A stretch of 64,000 nt of DNA from positions 930,001 to 994,000 of the forward strand of contig OZ025648.1 in NCBI GenBank assembly GCA_964019335.1, given 5' to 3'. The notes beneath the pieces were generated by a model that made no database searches, was not told the origin of the DNA, and saw only the letters and a list, made by a program, of their open reading frames with translations. Position 1 is the stretch's first letter, and each line of letters begins with the position of its first letter. The stretch is from Diplonema japonicum (taxonomy: Eukaryota; Protista; Euglenozoa: Diplonemea). Position numbers and translations under genes: made by a program. Positions 1 through 12,682 of this stretch are shown in pieces.

Positions 1-116
1 CTTTTTTTTTTTTATGTGTTTTGAAACACTGAAAAATTCTCACCCGTCAAAAGCAAAAAAAACAAAAAAAAACAAAAACAAAAGGAGAAGAAAAAAAAAA
101 AAGGAAAATAAAGGAA

Positions 117-1751
117 ATGGAAGTGCTGTTATTAGCGATGCTTGTTGTAGGGGTGTCCGCTGAGGACGCGTGTTGGGAGGAAAAGAAAAATATGTACATG
201 TCGTGTTTCGCCGCGGATGACGACACCCAAGGGAGCTTGGACGAGATGCAGAAGAAGTGCATTGATCTGGAAGACGCTTGCTTGGGTGTGACCTGCTCGA
301 AAGAACAAAAGTGCAGCATGAGACACCACCGCAGGGAGGGCTGTGAGGGAGGCAAGTTCTTAGACGAATCGAAGGTGGAGGAGACCACGTACGTGAAGGT
401 CTGCAAAGTCAACGAGCACAAGTGGGACATATACCCCCACAAAGTATGTCATTATGTCAAAAACCCTTAAACCAAAACTAAAACCAGTACATCCCATGCT
501 ACGCCAAAGATGACCAGGAAGTAGGTGAACTTCTTGAGAGGAAGATCCGTTGCTCTGAGATGGGCGATGAATGCGTGGGTGTGACATGCGGCTCGAAGGA
601 CGGTGGCACCACCACCTTCAACTGCACCGTCCGCGACCACACAGCAGGCTGCAAGGGTGGTCTTGCCGACCCCCTCGCTGACTCGGAGGATGAGGTCTCG
701 TTCGTCATGGTATGTTGAAACAACCAAAAAAAAAATTATATTTCTTAGGACCCCATTGTGTTCCCCACCACCATACCCGCCACTAACGCACCTCCTATTG
801 GCGAGTCCTGCCGTTTTGAGGTTCACGACAAGTCCTCCTTCACCTGCAACCCTCCCGATGTTAACGCCAAGAGGATGACCCTAAAGGAGGCGCAGCAGCA
901 GTGTGTTACCATGAAGGACCCTCAGCAAGGGGGGTTTTGCAACGGTGTTGAGTGCACATCATGGGATGGCGAGCTTGAGACATGCCTCCCGCACATGCAC
1001 TGCGTTGCGGAGGGTCAGCAGATGCTGAAGGTCAGCACAAGCGTGGTCCACATTAAGAAGTGTTCCGACGGGAAATTTTGCACCGACCCGTGCAACGCCA
1101 AGGAAGAGTTCAAAAACCACGTATGCGAGAACGACTGCGACTGTGGAGGCGTCAGGTACTGCTCTGAGTCTGGGTACTGCAAAAACCCCACGGGTCTCTC
1201 ACCATTCGAGGAGCTGTGCATCACGGACCATGATTGCATCTTCGAGAAGCACACAAACAAGTACATGAAGTGTGAAGCCTCCGCTTCCACTGGTAAGGAC
1301 AAGATGACTCTTGAAGAGGCTCAGAAAGTATGCAAAGAGATGAAAGGCCTCTGCGCTGCCGTCACTTGCGTAAAGAATGAGTGTTCTCTGCGTAACCACA
1401 TGTTGGACACGTGTAACGAGCCGCATGGTCTTTTCTTCAACCAAGGTGAGGACACCTATCTGAAATGCTGTGGACCTGAGAAGGAGAAGCGGTGCCCTGG
1501 AGGAACTAGCAGCGGGTCCAGCAATGGCCACACGGGTTTTTTGGTTTTCTTGGTGATTTGTCTCATTGCTGGTGTGGCTGTGCTTGCCTACTGGAACCGC
1601 CAGATGGCCAAGGACTACATAGCCCCAAACACCTTTAATGCTGTTCCTCAGGACGAGGAGGTGTGTACTTTTTTTTTTTTCTCACTTCCACAAAATATGA
1701 CAGGCTGACAACAACTGGGTGATTGATGACACTAAGGAAGACGACGAGTAG
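117..1751 (+). CDS. Cys-rich type I membrane protein with four PAN/apple-like repeats (exons 117-443, 488-709, 749-1660, 1704-1751)
   Basis: N-terminal signal peptide MEVLLLAMLVVGVSA. Three GT-AG phase-0 introns (444-487, 710-748, 1661-1703) join the fragmented ORFs into one frame. Four repeats of the form Y..C...L.E....C......C.GVTC....C..R.H, then a TM helix FLVFLVICLIAGVAVLAYW and a short acidic tail ending ADNNWVIDDTKEDDE*. Confidence 0.85.
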
Positions 1752-2292
1752 GTAGGGTTATTCTCTCAGAAAAGTTTTTGTCACCCCCCCCCCCCCCTTG
1801 CCCCTCTTCTTTTTTTTTCTTTTCTTTTTGTGTTCTTTCCTTTTATCCGTTGCTTTCTACCCTATCTTCGAATGAGAAAAAAAAAAGAAGAAAAGAGGGA
1901 ACCACCATGCTGTGGCCTCTGGGGGAGGAAAAAGAAAATATTGTGAGCATCACAGAATCCTCAAAGTAAAACGCTGGAAAGAAAAATAGAAAGGGACCAA
2001 AAAAAGGGGGAGGGGTCTAAATGGGTTTTCTAAACAAAAAAAAGAGAAGGGGAAGACGGGCATTTTTTTTTTTTTTTTTTTTTTTTTTTGTTACAAATAT
2101 TTATCTTTCAAAAAATGATTTTATAACTATATGCAACTTGTGCCGAGCAAAAAACTTTCGCAGCTCTTTAAAAAGCGAACAACAAAGACATATAGTCATA
2201 AAGAATTTTTTTTTTTTTTTGTTCTTTCTTCGATATTTCTTGGAGTGAAGTACCATGAAAAAAGAGTGAAAGAACTGCAATATTCATTCAAT

Positions 2293-2329
<37 letters not shown>

Positions 2330-3214
2330 CCTCTTCCCCACCCTCATTTTTTCTTCTTTTTTTTTCCCCTCCTTATATTCCATGTAATTCTAATTCATGA
2401 AAATCCGTGTGAGCGCAGATTTGTTTGTTCTTTGCTTCTTTTTTTTTCCTTTTTTTTCTTCTTCTTTCTTCACGTGCGTGACATAAGGGTACAGAATATT
2501 GCCAAGAGAGAAGAAAAGGGGGGGGGGGGGGGGAAGGCAGTTTAAGTGAAGGAACTGGAAACAAAAAAAAAAAACAAAAAAAAAAAAACAAAAAAAAAGG
2601 GCACCGCAAAACTACCCCTGTAAATTTGCTCCTCGTTTGCGTCTTTTTTTTCTCTTTTTTTTTTCCCTCTTTCTTTTTTTTTTTTTTTTTTTTTTTTTTT
2701 GTATTAAGGCAAGGGTCTAACTCCCTTGAGTATTTAAAATTCACTGGGGGCCAAATTTGTCTCGGGGATTAAGCCCTTATTTTAACCTCCCGAAATACAT
2801 ACGTTTTCTTCTCGTTCATAGTAGTCAAACTACTTCTTCCGGCACAGAAACAATTAAAAAGAACGAATTCAAAAAATAAAGGCAAAGAAAAAAAGAAGAA
2901 GGAAAAAAAAAAAAAAAGAAGGGAAAGTTTCACTTTTTTTTAGTTTTTTTTTTTCTTTTTTTTTTCTTTTTCTGAATTCTTTTTCTTTCCCAGCCCTTTT
3001 CCCCCCAACCGTGTTTTCATTCCTATTTTTTTTTTCCCTCCATTCTTTCTGTGCCGAGTTTATGCCGTTGTCTCTTTTTTTTTTTTTTTTTTTCCTGACT
3101 TTTCTTTTCCCTTCTTTTCTTTCTGTCCTTTCGTTTTTTCCCCCTCTCTTTTCCCCTAATACCAAAAAAAAAAAAAAGCCGGAAAAAAAAGTAGGGCAAA
3201 AAAAAAAAAAAAAA

Positions 3215-5632
3215 ATGTCCGACCCACTAGGAGGCGTGCTGCCCCCTCCAGTGCTGGATGAAGAAGCAGTCACAAAGAAACCGAGTCTCAGAAAGTCCTT
3301 GACGGGGTCGCCAAAGGGGAGGGTGTTGTTCCAACCAGACGATCTGGCAACAACGACCCCGCAGGAACCGAACAAGAGAAGGAGCAGGAACCTCGAGAAG
3401 GGGATCGAGCACATCAGAGAAATGTTTTCCAAAGAAGAAGCTGCTGACTCTGCAAAGCGAACCGGGCAAGAATGGTCACCGGAACAAGGCCTACCTGGGA
3501 TGGATTTCAACCCCGAAGACATCCAAGACCCAGTACAAAACATGAAAGTCCTTGAGATGCTCCAAGCCCTCGACCGCACAACAGAAGAGCTCATGGGCCA
3601 AAAAGTTTCCAACGAAGAACTTATGGGCTTCCTTGAAATGGGTGAGAAGCGTATTGTCGATCTTGCTGTTAAAGTCAAGCTCTTAGAAGACCAAAACGAA
3701 CGCCTTGCCCTCAAAGACACCGACCAAGCACAGGAAATCGACAAACTAAAGTACAACCTCGCCACCAGTCAAGCTCACGGTAAGAAGCTCGAATCCGAGA
3801 AGGAACATCTTTTAGGAGATATTCATGGATACGCTGATCAATGCACAGACCTCAAAGCCCACCTGGAATCTATTAAAATCGACAAGACAAGGGAGTCGGA
3901 ACTGAATGCCGAGCTCAAGAAAGCTTACGAGCTCAAAGAAGACACAACCCGAAAGGAGCGAGAAAAAGTGGCCGCCGAGCAGCGGGTTACGGTACAGAAC
4001 CTTGAACGCGACAAACGCCGTTTGCAAGAACGACTTGAAGAATGGCATCGCAAGTCCGACCAAAACGTAGCGAAATCAAAGCAGCTCGAAAAGGAACTGA
4101 AGGACAAGACACGCGAAGTGGAAAAGCTGCAAACGGAGCTCGCCAACCTACAAAGGTCATACAAGAACGACAAGGTGAAGATGGACAACGCACTCTCAAA
4201 CGGCAAGATGCACATCCAAGAGGAGATGGTGAGGCTGCACTCGTGGGATAAGGAGCTCACGGAACTGTCGGAGAAGCTCAAAAAGAGCGAAGCCAAGCTC
4301 GACAAGGAAAAAGAAAACATCAAGCGAGCCATCGCCGACTCCGTGAAGGAGGTACAAGCACAGCGGGAGGCGGAACACAGGCTGCTGTTGGACATGAAGC
4401 ACCAATACGAGCAAGAACTAATGACACAGTTCGAGCAACGACAGAACGAACTGGACGAGCACTGGCGGCAGAAGGAGACCGTTGAACTTGAACAACTAGA
4501 AGAAAGACGCAACGCACTAGACAGCGAACTGCAGATGAAAACACAAAAAGCAGCCGAGAACCGACAACGCCTAGAAAGGTATTCGCAGAACCTAGAGAGG
4601 TACGGAAGGCGTCTAAAGGGCGAGTATGAAAACTGGCAGCACGAGAAGAACCAAGTCTACGGTGTGCTTGCAGAAGCGCAGACTGAAAGAGAAACAGCGG
4701 AGACAGAGATGAAAAAGGACATCGACGTTCTAACCGCAGCAGCGCAGGATATACACTTGCAGCTTGAAGGGAAGAAGGCTGTCATTGAAGAGCTTGACAT
4801 CAAGATGAAGGAGCTCATGGCGGAAAGGAACGCCCTGTTGGAGGAGAAGGCACACTCGGAAGAAAACGACAAGGACAGGACCGCCCAGATGAAGGAACTG
4901 ACCGCCGAGAACGACAGACTGATCGAGGACAACACGCTGCTGGAGAGGAGCTTCAACGAGCTAAAGTGCGAGCACGACCAACTGCTGGAAGAGATGACGT
5001 ACATGAGGTCACGCGAGGAAGAGGAAAGAGAGCTGAGGAGGAAAACGAACGAAATGCTCCTGGCCTCTTATAAAATAAAGAACCCGCAATCGGGTGTGGT
5101 TCTGCCTGTGGGACACAGGTCAGGGACGTACGCAGAGGGCATTGATCTGTTATGCTGGAAATGCCACCAAGGATCCATGGACGAAGAAGGCACAGGGCTG
5201 CTAGCAAGGACAAGGGATGCAAGGAAACAGATGCGATCCTTAAACAACGAGAGGACATCGTTGCACAATGATAAACAAGCCTTCATAAAGGCACACAAGC
5301 TGGATGCGGAGAAACTTACCAGAGAAACAGAGACCATAAAGAACGATAGAGAAGTGCTCAGGCAAGAAACAGAAAAGGTCATTGCCGAGAGAAAAGCCAT
5401 CGCCTCAGTCTCACAGCTCGACCCTAAGCTCGCACCCCCTACGCCCCTCAAGGATGACACTGACCCTGATCACAACCCAGTCAAGATCTCCTACCCTTCC
5501 ATGGATGCCCCAGAGGCACCCGAAGCGCCTTTGTCGCCCACTGAAGCAAGCAGGAGGCGGAAAAAAGACCTCATTTATTTGAAGTCGATCTACTCAAGCC
5601 CCAAGAGGATGTCGCACAATGCGGCATGGTGA
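3215..5632 (+). CDS. Long coiled-coil protein of unknown function
   Basis: ATG follows an A-run. Uninterrupted ORF of about 805 codons, rich in E/K/L/Q with heptad character. The upstream in-frame part of the computed ORF is translated poly(T)/poly(A). Confidence 0.8.
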   Translation: MSDPLGGVLPPPVLDEEAVTKKPSLRKSLTGSPKGRVLFQPDDLATTTPQEPNKRRSRNLEKGIEHIREMFSKEEAADSAKRTGQEWSPEQGLPGMDFNPEDIQDPVQNMKVLEMLQALDRTTEELMGQKVSNEELMGFLEMGEKRIVDLAVKVKLLEDQNERLALKDTDQAQEIDKLKYNLATSQAHGKKLESEKEHLLGDIHGYADQCTDLKAHLESIKIDKTRESELNAELKKAYELKEDTTRKEREKVAAEQRVTVQNLERDKRRLQERLEEWHRKSDQNVAKSKQLEKELKDKTREVEKLQTELANLQRSYKNDKVKMDNALSNGKMHIQEEMVRLHSWDKELTELSEKLKKSEAKLDKEKENIKRAIADSVKEVQAQREAEHRLLLDMKHQYEQELMTQFEQRQNELDEHWRQKETVELEQLEERRNALDSELQMKTQKAAENRQRLERYSQNLERYGRRLKGEYENWQHEKNQVYGVLAEAQTERETAETEMKKDIDVLTAAAQDIHLQLEGKKAVIEELDIKMKELMAERNALLEEKAHSEENDKDRTAQMKELTAENDRLIEDNTLLERSFNELKCEHDQLLEEMTYMRSREEEERELRRKTNEMLLASYKIKNPQSGVVLPVGHRSGTYAEGIDLLCWKCHQGSMDEEGTGLLARTRDARKQMRSLNNERTSLHNDKQAFIKAHKLDAEKLTRETETIKNDREVLRQETEKVIAERKAIASVSQLDPKLAPPTPLKDDTDPDHNPVKISYPSMDAPEAPEAPLSPTEASRRRKKDLIYLKSIYSSPKRMSHNAAW

Positions 5633-5834
5633 AAAAAAGGGGGGGAATACCATACTTGCTTTTCTTGGTTTATAACCCCCCCCCCCCCCCCCCCTCCTCC
5701 CCCTTCCTTTTTTTCTGTACTGTATGATAGCTTCTCTTTTGTTTCTTTGCACATGTGTACATTGTAGTTGCTTATTTCCTTGTATTCCACTTCTTTTTTC
5801 CCTCCCCTAAACATCAAAACATCTTTCAGGCAGG

Positions 5835-6303
5835 ATGGTATCCATAGAGCCATGCAAAGGGTTCTGGAGGGATCTAGGCCTGCGGTTCGAATCTGATAAA
5901 AGGACGCTAATGTGGGTGGTCATATACCACGTGCTGACCATTGTGGTGTGGAAGCTGTGGTGGGACATGGGTGCGCTCCTAAAGGTGCTCAGTGTGGCGA
6001 TGTGCGCATTCTGGTCGTTCTTGGGGGCAACTATCACGCACAATGCTATCCACGTTCCCCTGTTCGATAACATGTACTCCAACTCTTTCTTCCAGATTGC
6101 TTTGTCCCACACATATGGGTGGCCTGTCTCAGCTCTCGTTCCTGGGCACAACCTGTCTCACCACAAGTTCACCAACACCGCAAAAGATGCCATGCGCCCA
6201 CAACGAATGCAATACAAATGGAATCTCTTGAATTACCTACTGTTCCCGATCATCACTGCCTCTCAAATAGCTGCATCTGATAAAGCCTATATGATGGATC
6301 AGA
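5835..6303 (+). CDS. Membrane fatty-acid desaturase family protein, 5' part (runs into assembly gap)
   Basis: Hydrophobic helices plus His boxes HNAIH and HNLSHH. The third His box is expected inside the N gap. Confidence 0.75.
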
Positions 6304-6503
6304 NNNNNNNNNNNNNNNNNNNNNNNNNNNNNNNNNNNNNNNNNNNNNNNNNNNNNNNNNNNNNNNNNNNNNNNNNNNNNNNNNNNNNNNNNNNNNNNNN
6401 NNNNNNNNNNNNNNNNNNNNNNNNNNNNNNNNNNNNNNNNNNNNNNNNNNNNNNNNNNNNNNNNNNNNNNNNNNNNNNNNNNNNNNNNNNNNNNNNNNNN
6501 NNN
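6304..6503. other. Assembly gap (200 N)
   Basis: Run of N. Confidence 1.
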
Positions 6504-7250
6504 GACGAACGCGGTGTGTGTGGTGGCTGCCCACCTCCACGGTGGTGGTCCCTGGGCAACGCGCAGGTGGTGAAGGTTGCGCGGCTGAGAGGCAGCTCGA
6601 GAGGAGGAGCAGGGGAACGGTGTTGCGTTGGGCGGCCGAGGGCCGGAGCCGGAGCGCCGTGTTGGATGGCATCCCCTGGGGAAGCCTCCTGCACGCCAGA
6701 ACGAGGACCGGATCCGGAGACGCCGTTTGATGGTTTTCCTGGGGAAGCTGACCTGAACGCCCGAGCGAAGTGGCCTGAGCGTGGGGAGCACTGTTTGCCG
6801 ACAGAAAACAAGATTAATGCAAAATGTCCAGAGTGCGCAACAGTGTTTTCCACGTGAGGGGTTCGGTTTCAAAGTGGGTCCTCCAGCCACCAGAGTTGTA
6901 GGCTGGGTTCCCGCGGAGAGAGAAGCGGAGCGGAGGCGTCAAGTACGGTGGACCACCTCAAGGGATGTAAGTCCATTGTGTGACACAGTCTCTCGGTGAA
7001 GGTCCGACTTCTGGTGGGTAGGCAGGCAGAACCGCATAGGGGTGTAAGGAACACCATTGTGTGACCTGTCGCACACGGGGAAAGCCCAAGGCCGGTGGGT
7101 TATCTGCCAACGTGTCCCCCTCCTCTACTTCGCCTCTCACAACCTCTTCCTCCCCGCTGACGATTGACTCCACAGCACTCGCCGGCCTACCTGGTGCGCC
7201 CGCGTCATTACGCGATAGGGAGTCTCGTTGGAAAAACATCTTTCGCAGCT
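6504..7250 (+). mobile_element. Possible degenerate non-LTR retrotransposon 3' fragment
   Basis: GC-rich, no homopolymers, no intact ORF. Broken-frame pieces CPEC, HRGVRNTIV and PLTIDSTA...RESRWK loosely recall the Zn-knuckle/RLE C-terminus of CRE/SLACS-like elements. Weak support. Confidence 0.25.
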
Positions 7251-7813
7251 GAGAAGGGGGTTTTTTTTTTTAGAAATAGTAACCAGTAATTCTTTTTCCC
7301 CCTCCCCCATTGGTTTCCCTTTCTTTTTATTTTCCCTACCAGGCTCCTTTTCTAGTTATGCATTCCTCCCTTCTTTGTGGAAGTTGAGTTCTGAACTTGG
7401 CTTTTCCTTTTACATTTCCTTTTCAAATTTATATTTTAGGCTCCCACAGCCCAACAAAACCAGCAGATGGTGGGGTCCCTGTGGCTGGATAAATCAAAAT
7501 TAGGGATCTCATCGCCGTCCTTTAATATTTGGGGTTGTCTTTATTTGGTGACAGCCGAAGCCTTCGAGGCCCAAGAGCTGCGTGGCGGGGGAATGGGGAA
7601 AAAATAAGAAAGGTGGATGTCGGGGGCCCCAGGAAAATATACAAGAGGTCGAGCAAACGAGCAAGAGGTCCCCCCCGATATGGCTCAGTAAGAGAGACTG
7701 TTTTTAACCTTCCCTTCCCAATTTTTATGGTTTCAACTTTCTCCGCCCCCCATCCCCCCCGCCTGGTAGTGGAATAATTATTATTATTATTATTATTTGA
7801 AAAAAAAGCGTAA

Positions 7814-7886
7814 GCACGTGTCGTCTAGTGGTTAGGACGCTCGCCCCACACGCGAGAGATCGTCGGTTCAATCCCGACCATGTGTA
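7814..7886 (+). tRNA. tRNA-Val, anticodon CAC
   Basis: Acceptor stem GCACGTG/CATGTGT; D arm GTCT-AGTGGTT-AGGAC; anticodon stem CTCGC/GCGAG with loop CC-CAC-AC; T arm GTCGG-TTCAATC-CCGAC; discriminator A; followed by a T8 Pol III terminator. Confidence 0.9.
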
Positions 7887-8098
7887 TTTTTTTTCAAATT
7901 TTACAAACACAGTATGTTACCCCTCCACCCGAAAAGGACGAATCGTGGTACAACGGAACCAGTGAAACGTACTCTGATCTTGCTAAAGGAGACTAGGGAA
8001 GATTGCAAGGCATCATTTTTCTCTTTTTCTTGGCTGAGGCCCTTACCTGTTCACCTGTCAGCTCACTTTTATTTCATTCAAAAGGGTTATAAGAAAAG

Positions 8099-10059
8099 AT
8101 GAGCATCCACCGCTCGGCAACGGAAGGAGCCAACCTTTTTGCTCAGGGGAGCGCTAAGGACTGGAACAGAGAGATCGCTGACAGATCGGTATACAAGAAG
8201 GAAAAAAAAATGCCAAAAATACATCAATAACAGGGATGGTCGCAGAAGTTGAAGACCGTTGAGGCCGCAAAGGACAAGCACGAAGGGTTGAAAGCGAGGA
8301 CCAAGGGTAAGAGGGGCGGTGATGGTAGCAAGGGGAACTACTCCACATTCGGTTTCGAAACCGAGGTATGCGTTTCTTTTTTTTTTCTTTTTTTTTTTTT
8401 TTTTTTGAGAAAACTGCTAACTTGACCCCTAAGTTCGGAGAATTGCCATTTCCTACAGCTCTTTTTCCCATTATTATATCACAAAAACCAATCCTTTTAA
8501 AATGCCTACAACCCAGTCAAGGATTGTTGCTGATGCGGTGTTCTCGGACATGGCTGAGGCGCGAAGAGAGGCCTCGGACTGCTACAAGAGCGGTCGGGTG
8601 TAACACTGTGAAAACCACCAGCGAAAAGGTGGTACTTGCCTGCCGCGCTGAAGACTGCGAATGGAGGGTGGTGTTCCGGAATAAAGAAGGGGAGGCACAT
8701 GTAACACGCCTGGTAGAGCCCCATACCTGCACCCTATCAAACCATGGAAAGAAGGCACCAGTTGGCATTGCTGATTGGTTTGCAAGGATGCTTCAGGACA
8801 AGGTGGAGAAATCCTCCGGTTACGGGCCGACCCAGGCGATGACTGACATACGGGTCTTCAGGGAGGCAGGCATTGACTTTCCACTGCTAGGAGGGCCCTG
8901 GAAATTACTAGGAGGACTCTTTTCGGATCAGCATCCAGTGCCTATGCGAAGCTCTCCCCATACTTCGATGACCTGAAGGCAATCAACTCTGGCACCTTTT
9001 TTGACATCGAGAAGAAGCAAAGGTTTTCTTTTAAATGCTGTAATCTTTTACACGGGAGGACACCTTCGACACAGCCCTAAGAAGTAGCCTTGGTTACTCG
9101 GGTTGTATTTTTCTTTTCCTAAACCGTTGCCTATTGTTAAGGAACATGCATGCGCACAACCTTGTTGAGCGTTAATGAAACATAGGGGACCTAATCGGGT
9201 TATTTGTGAAACTAAGGGGGGTTTTTTGAGCATTTTGAAAACTAAGGGGTTGACTTTGAGCGATTTCCCGCCGTAGGGGCCTAGTTAGGGCATTTGAAAA
9301 CCTGAAGGAGCGGACTTTGAACACTTTGGAAACTTAGGGGGCGGGATTTGAGCGTTTTGAAGACTTAGGGGGTGGACTTTGAGCATTTTGGAAACTTAGG
9401 GGTCGGAATTTGAGCATTTCCGAAACTTACGGGTCAAGTTAGGACTCTACCCCCCCCTTTCTTTTATAACACAAACACTTTTCGCAGCCCCAGCCCGAAT
9501 CTACCCAGCGCAGTGCCAGGCCTTACTCGTACAAGCCCGGTGAGAGGAACCCTTTGATGGCTGGGATCATGAAGGTATGCTTAGGAAACGAAATAATAAT
9601 TCACGCATACAGCCTGAGGACTACCGACCGGGTGTGAAGAAGGTGCTTCCCCCCAAGGAGAAGAAACAGCCGAAGACACACAAGGTCGTGAACACCCAGG
9701 CGAGGGATGGCAACCTGAGGTCGAAGACACCTGGCGATGCTTTTGCCATCCTTGCGGGTGCGGGCGAGCCCACCGTTGTGGAGCTGAAGGGAAGGAAGTG
9801 CTTCGGAAACTTCAACGCCGAAACCCAGCCCCCCCCGCAGAGGCCCTCGGGCAGGGGTGGTAGGAAAACTCTTGAGCAGACCGACCCCTGGAAATACGAG
9901 AAAGTGACGGAGAACGTTCCTGACTACAACACGAAGTTCCACCAGAGGTACAACTGTACCCCTGCGGGAGCAAGGAGGACGCACACTTTCGAGGTTGAGG
10001 CAAAAGGCCCCCGTTACCCCAACTACAGGCTGAACCCCCCTTACTCCGTTGAGGCTTAG
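8099..10059 (+). CDS. Basic, low-complexity protein of unknown function (exons 8099-8188, 8234-8365, 9488-9574, 9613-10059)
   Basis: Three phase-0 GT-AG introns (8189-8233, 8366-9487, 9575-9612) give one open frame MSIHRSATEG...NPPYSVEA. There is a weak internal repeat: KGKRG..GN..F..ETEPQP versus KGRKCFGNFNAETQPPP. Confidence 0.75.
8407..9452 (+). mobile_element. Mutator-like (MULE/MuDR) DNA transposon relic inside an intron
   Basis: MuDR-type N-terminal Zn domain CRAEDCEWRVV...EPHTC and a frameshifted continuation FGSASSAYAKLSPYFDDLKAINSG. Imperfect TIRs: left gagaaaactgctaacttgacccctaagttcgga versus reverse complement of right gggtagagtcctaacttgacccgtaagtttcgga. DDE core is absent. Confidence 0.8.
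9177..9440. repeat. Subterminal tandem array of about 8-9 degenerate ~30-bp units (gaaacttagggg...tttgagcatttt)
   Basis: Units are directly visible and merge into the right TIR of the MULE. Confidence 0.85.
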
Positions 10060-10109
10060 AAAAAAGCTTCTTTTTCTTTTTTTCTCCGTTTCTTCCTTTA
10101 ATTTTTCAC

Positions 10110-10143
<34 letters not shown>

Positions 10144-10768
10144 CTTTTCTGCCGTCCTCCCCACGCTCCCACGACAGTTATTCCACTTCGAAAAAAAAAT
10201 AGTTTTTCCAAATTCCCCACCTTTTTCTTTTCTCTTTTTTGTACCCATCCCATCTTCCTTTCTTGTCCCCCTCTTTTTTTTTTTTCTGCATCACCAGTGT
10301 ATCCCCCTTCCCGCTCCCGGCCAGCAGACGGGCTAAATCAGTATGTCCTTTTAAAAAAATAAGAGCGGGTGTCGCCAATTATCGAATCTTTTTTTTCTTC
10401 TTCTTTTTCTTCTCTCGTTCACCGCCAGCCTGGCGATGAAGAGAAGAAGAAAAAGGAGAGGGAAAAAAAAAGAATCGATAAGAGTTTGCCCCCTTTTATT
10501 CAAAGTTTTCTCAAGAAGGAGAAAAAAAAAAAAGAAAAGGAAAAAAAAAGAGAGAGAGAAACCTGTATCTCGGTGCCTGCCCACCCTCCCCTTCGATTAG
10601 GTAAGTAAGCCTTCCCCTCTTTTTTTTTTTTATATCCCCCTTTTCCCCCTGTTCTTATGCCGTTCTTTGTTATTGTTTACCCCTTTGTCTTTTTTTCTTT
10701 TTCTTTTTCTCTCTTATGTATTTCATTCCGCAAACAAAAATACAACAAGAAAAAGGGGATAAAATACA

Positions 10769-11111
10769 ATGTTACGGGCGACTTTGAGAAAGCTGGGGGG
10801 TGGCGTGGTATGTCCAAAAGAAGACAAAAGAAGATAAATACAAAACCGAACAGCTTCACCCTAACGCAACAAAAAATGGCAGAAAGCCGGGCCAACTAGG
10901 ACCCTACACCATTGGACAGATGTCATCGTATGAGGCCCTCCTCCTTGTTGCCTCTATGGTAATGTGTCTGATCCCCCTTAACCTCTTCTACGGAAAATTC
11001 TATGAACTGAACGAGTCCTCCTGGATCGACAACCACTACAGCCCTGGCTCTCCTTACGAAAGGGAGTGGGAGAAGAAGCACATTTTACCATACAAACACC
11101 TCAGGAACTAG
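10769..11111 (+). CDS. Small single-TM protein, probably mitochondrial (exons 10769-10807, 10854-11111)
   Basis: MLRATLRKLGGGV presequence-like start; intron 10808-10853 (GTATGT...AACAG) restores the frame; one hydrophobic segment ALLLVASMVMCLIPLNLFY. Confidence 0.75.
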
Positions 11112-11207
11112 GTAAAAAAAAAAAAAAAAAGGATGCAGGGGGGTTTTTTTTTCCCCTTGCTATGTATACTTTTTTTTTTTCTCCTTTTTTTTTCTTCTTT
11201 CTGCAGT

Positions 11208-11239
<32 letters not shown>

Positions 11240-11329
11240 CCTTCTTCCCCGTCCCATCCCCCTTATTCATGTTCATTCCCCCCACCCCACCAGAAAAAGT
11301 TTTAAAATAACCCAACAGGAACTCAATAG

Positions 11330-12682
<1,353 letters not shown>

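Noticed and set aside
2021-3214. Poly-Phe and poly-Lys ORFs here and in most intergenic regions
   Set aside because: Translations of T and A homopolymers; computed ORF starts often extend into these tracts.
5711-5730. tttctgtact, similar to part of a euglenozoan spliced leader
   Set aside because: Match is too short and lacks the rest of the SL exon and its donor.
5835-6857. 340-aa ORF spanning the N gap
   Set aside because: The frame across the gap is arbitrary and the post-gap sequence is not desaturase-like.
7500-7800. snRNA or 7SL gene divergent from the tRNA, as in trypanosomatids
   Set aside because: No U2, U5, U6 or 7SL signature found by eye on either strand; an Rfam scan would settle it.
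9177-9440. CRISPR-like appearance of the ~30-bp array
   Set aside because: Units are contiguous with no unique spacers, the context is eukaryotic, and the array is part of a MULE end.
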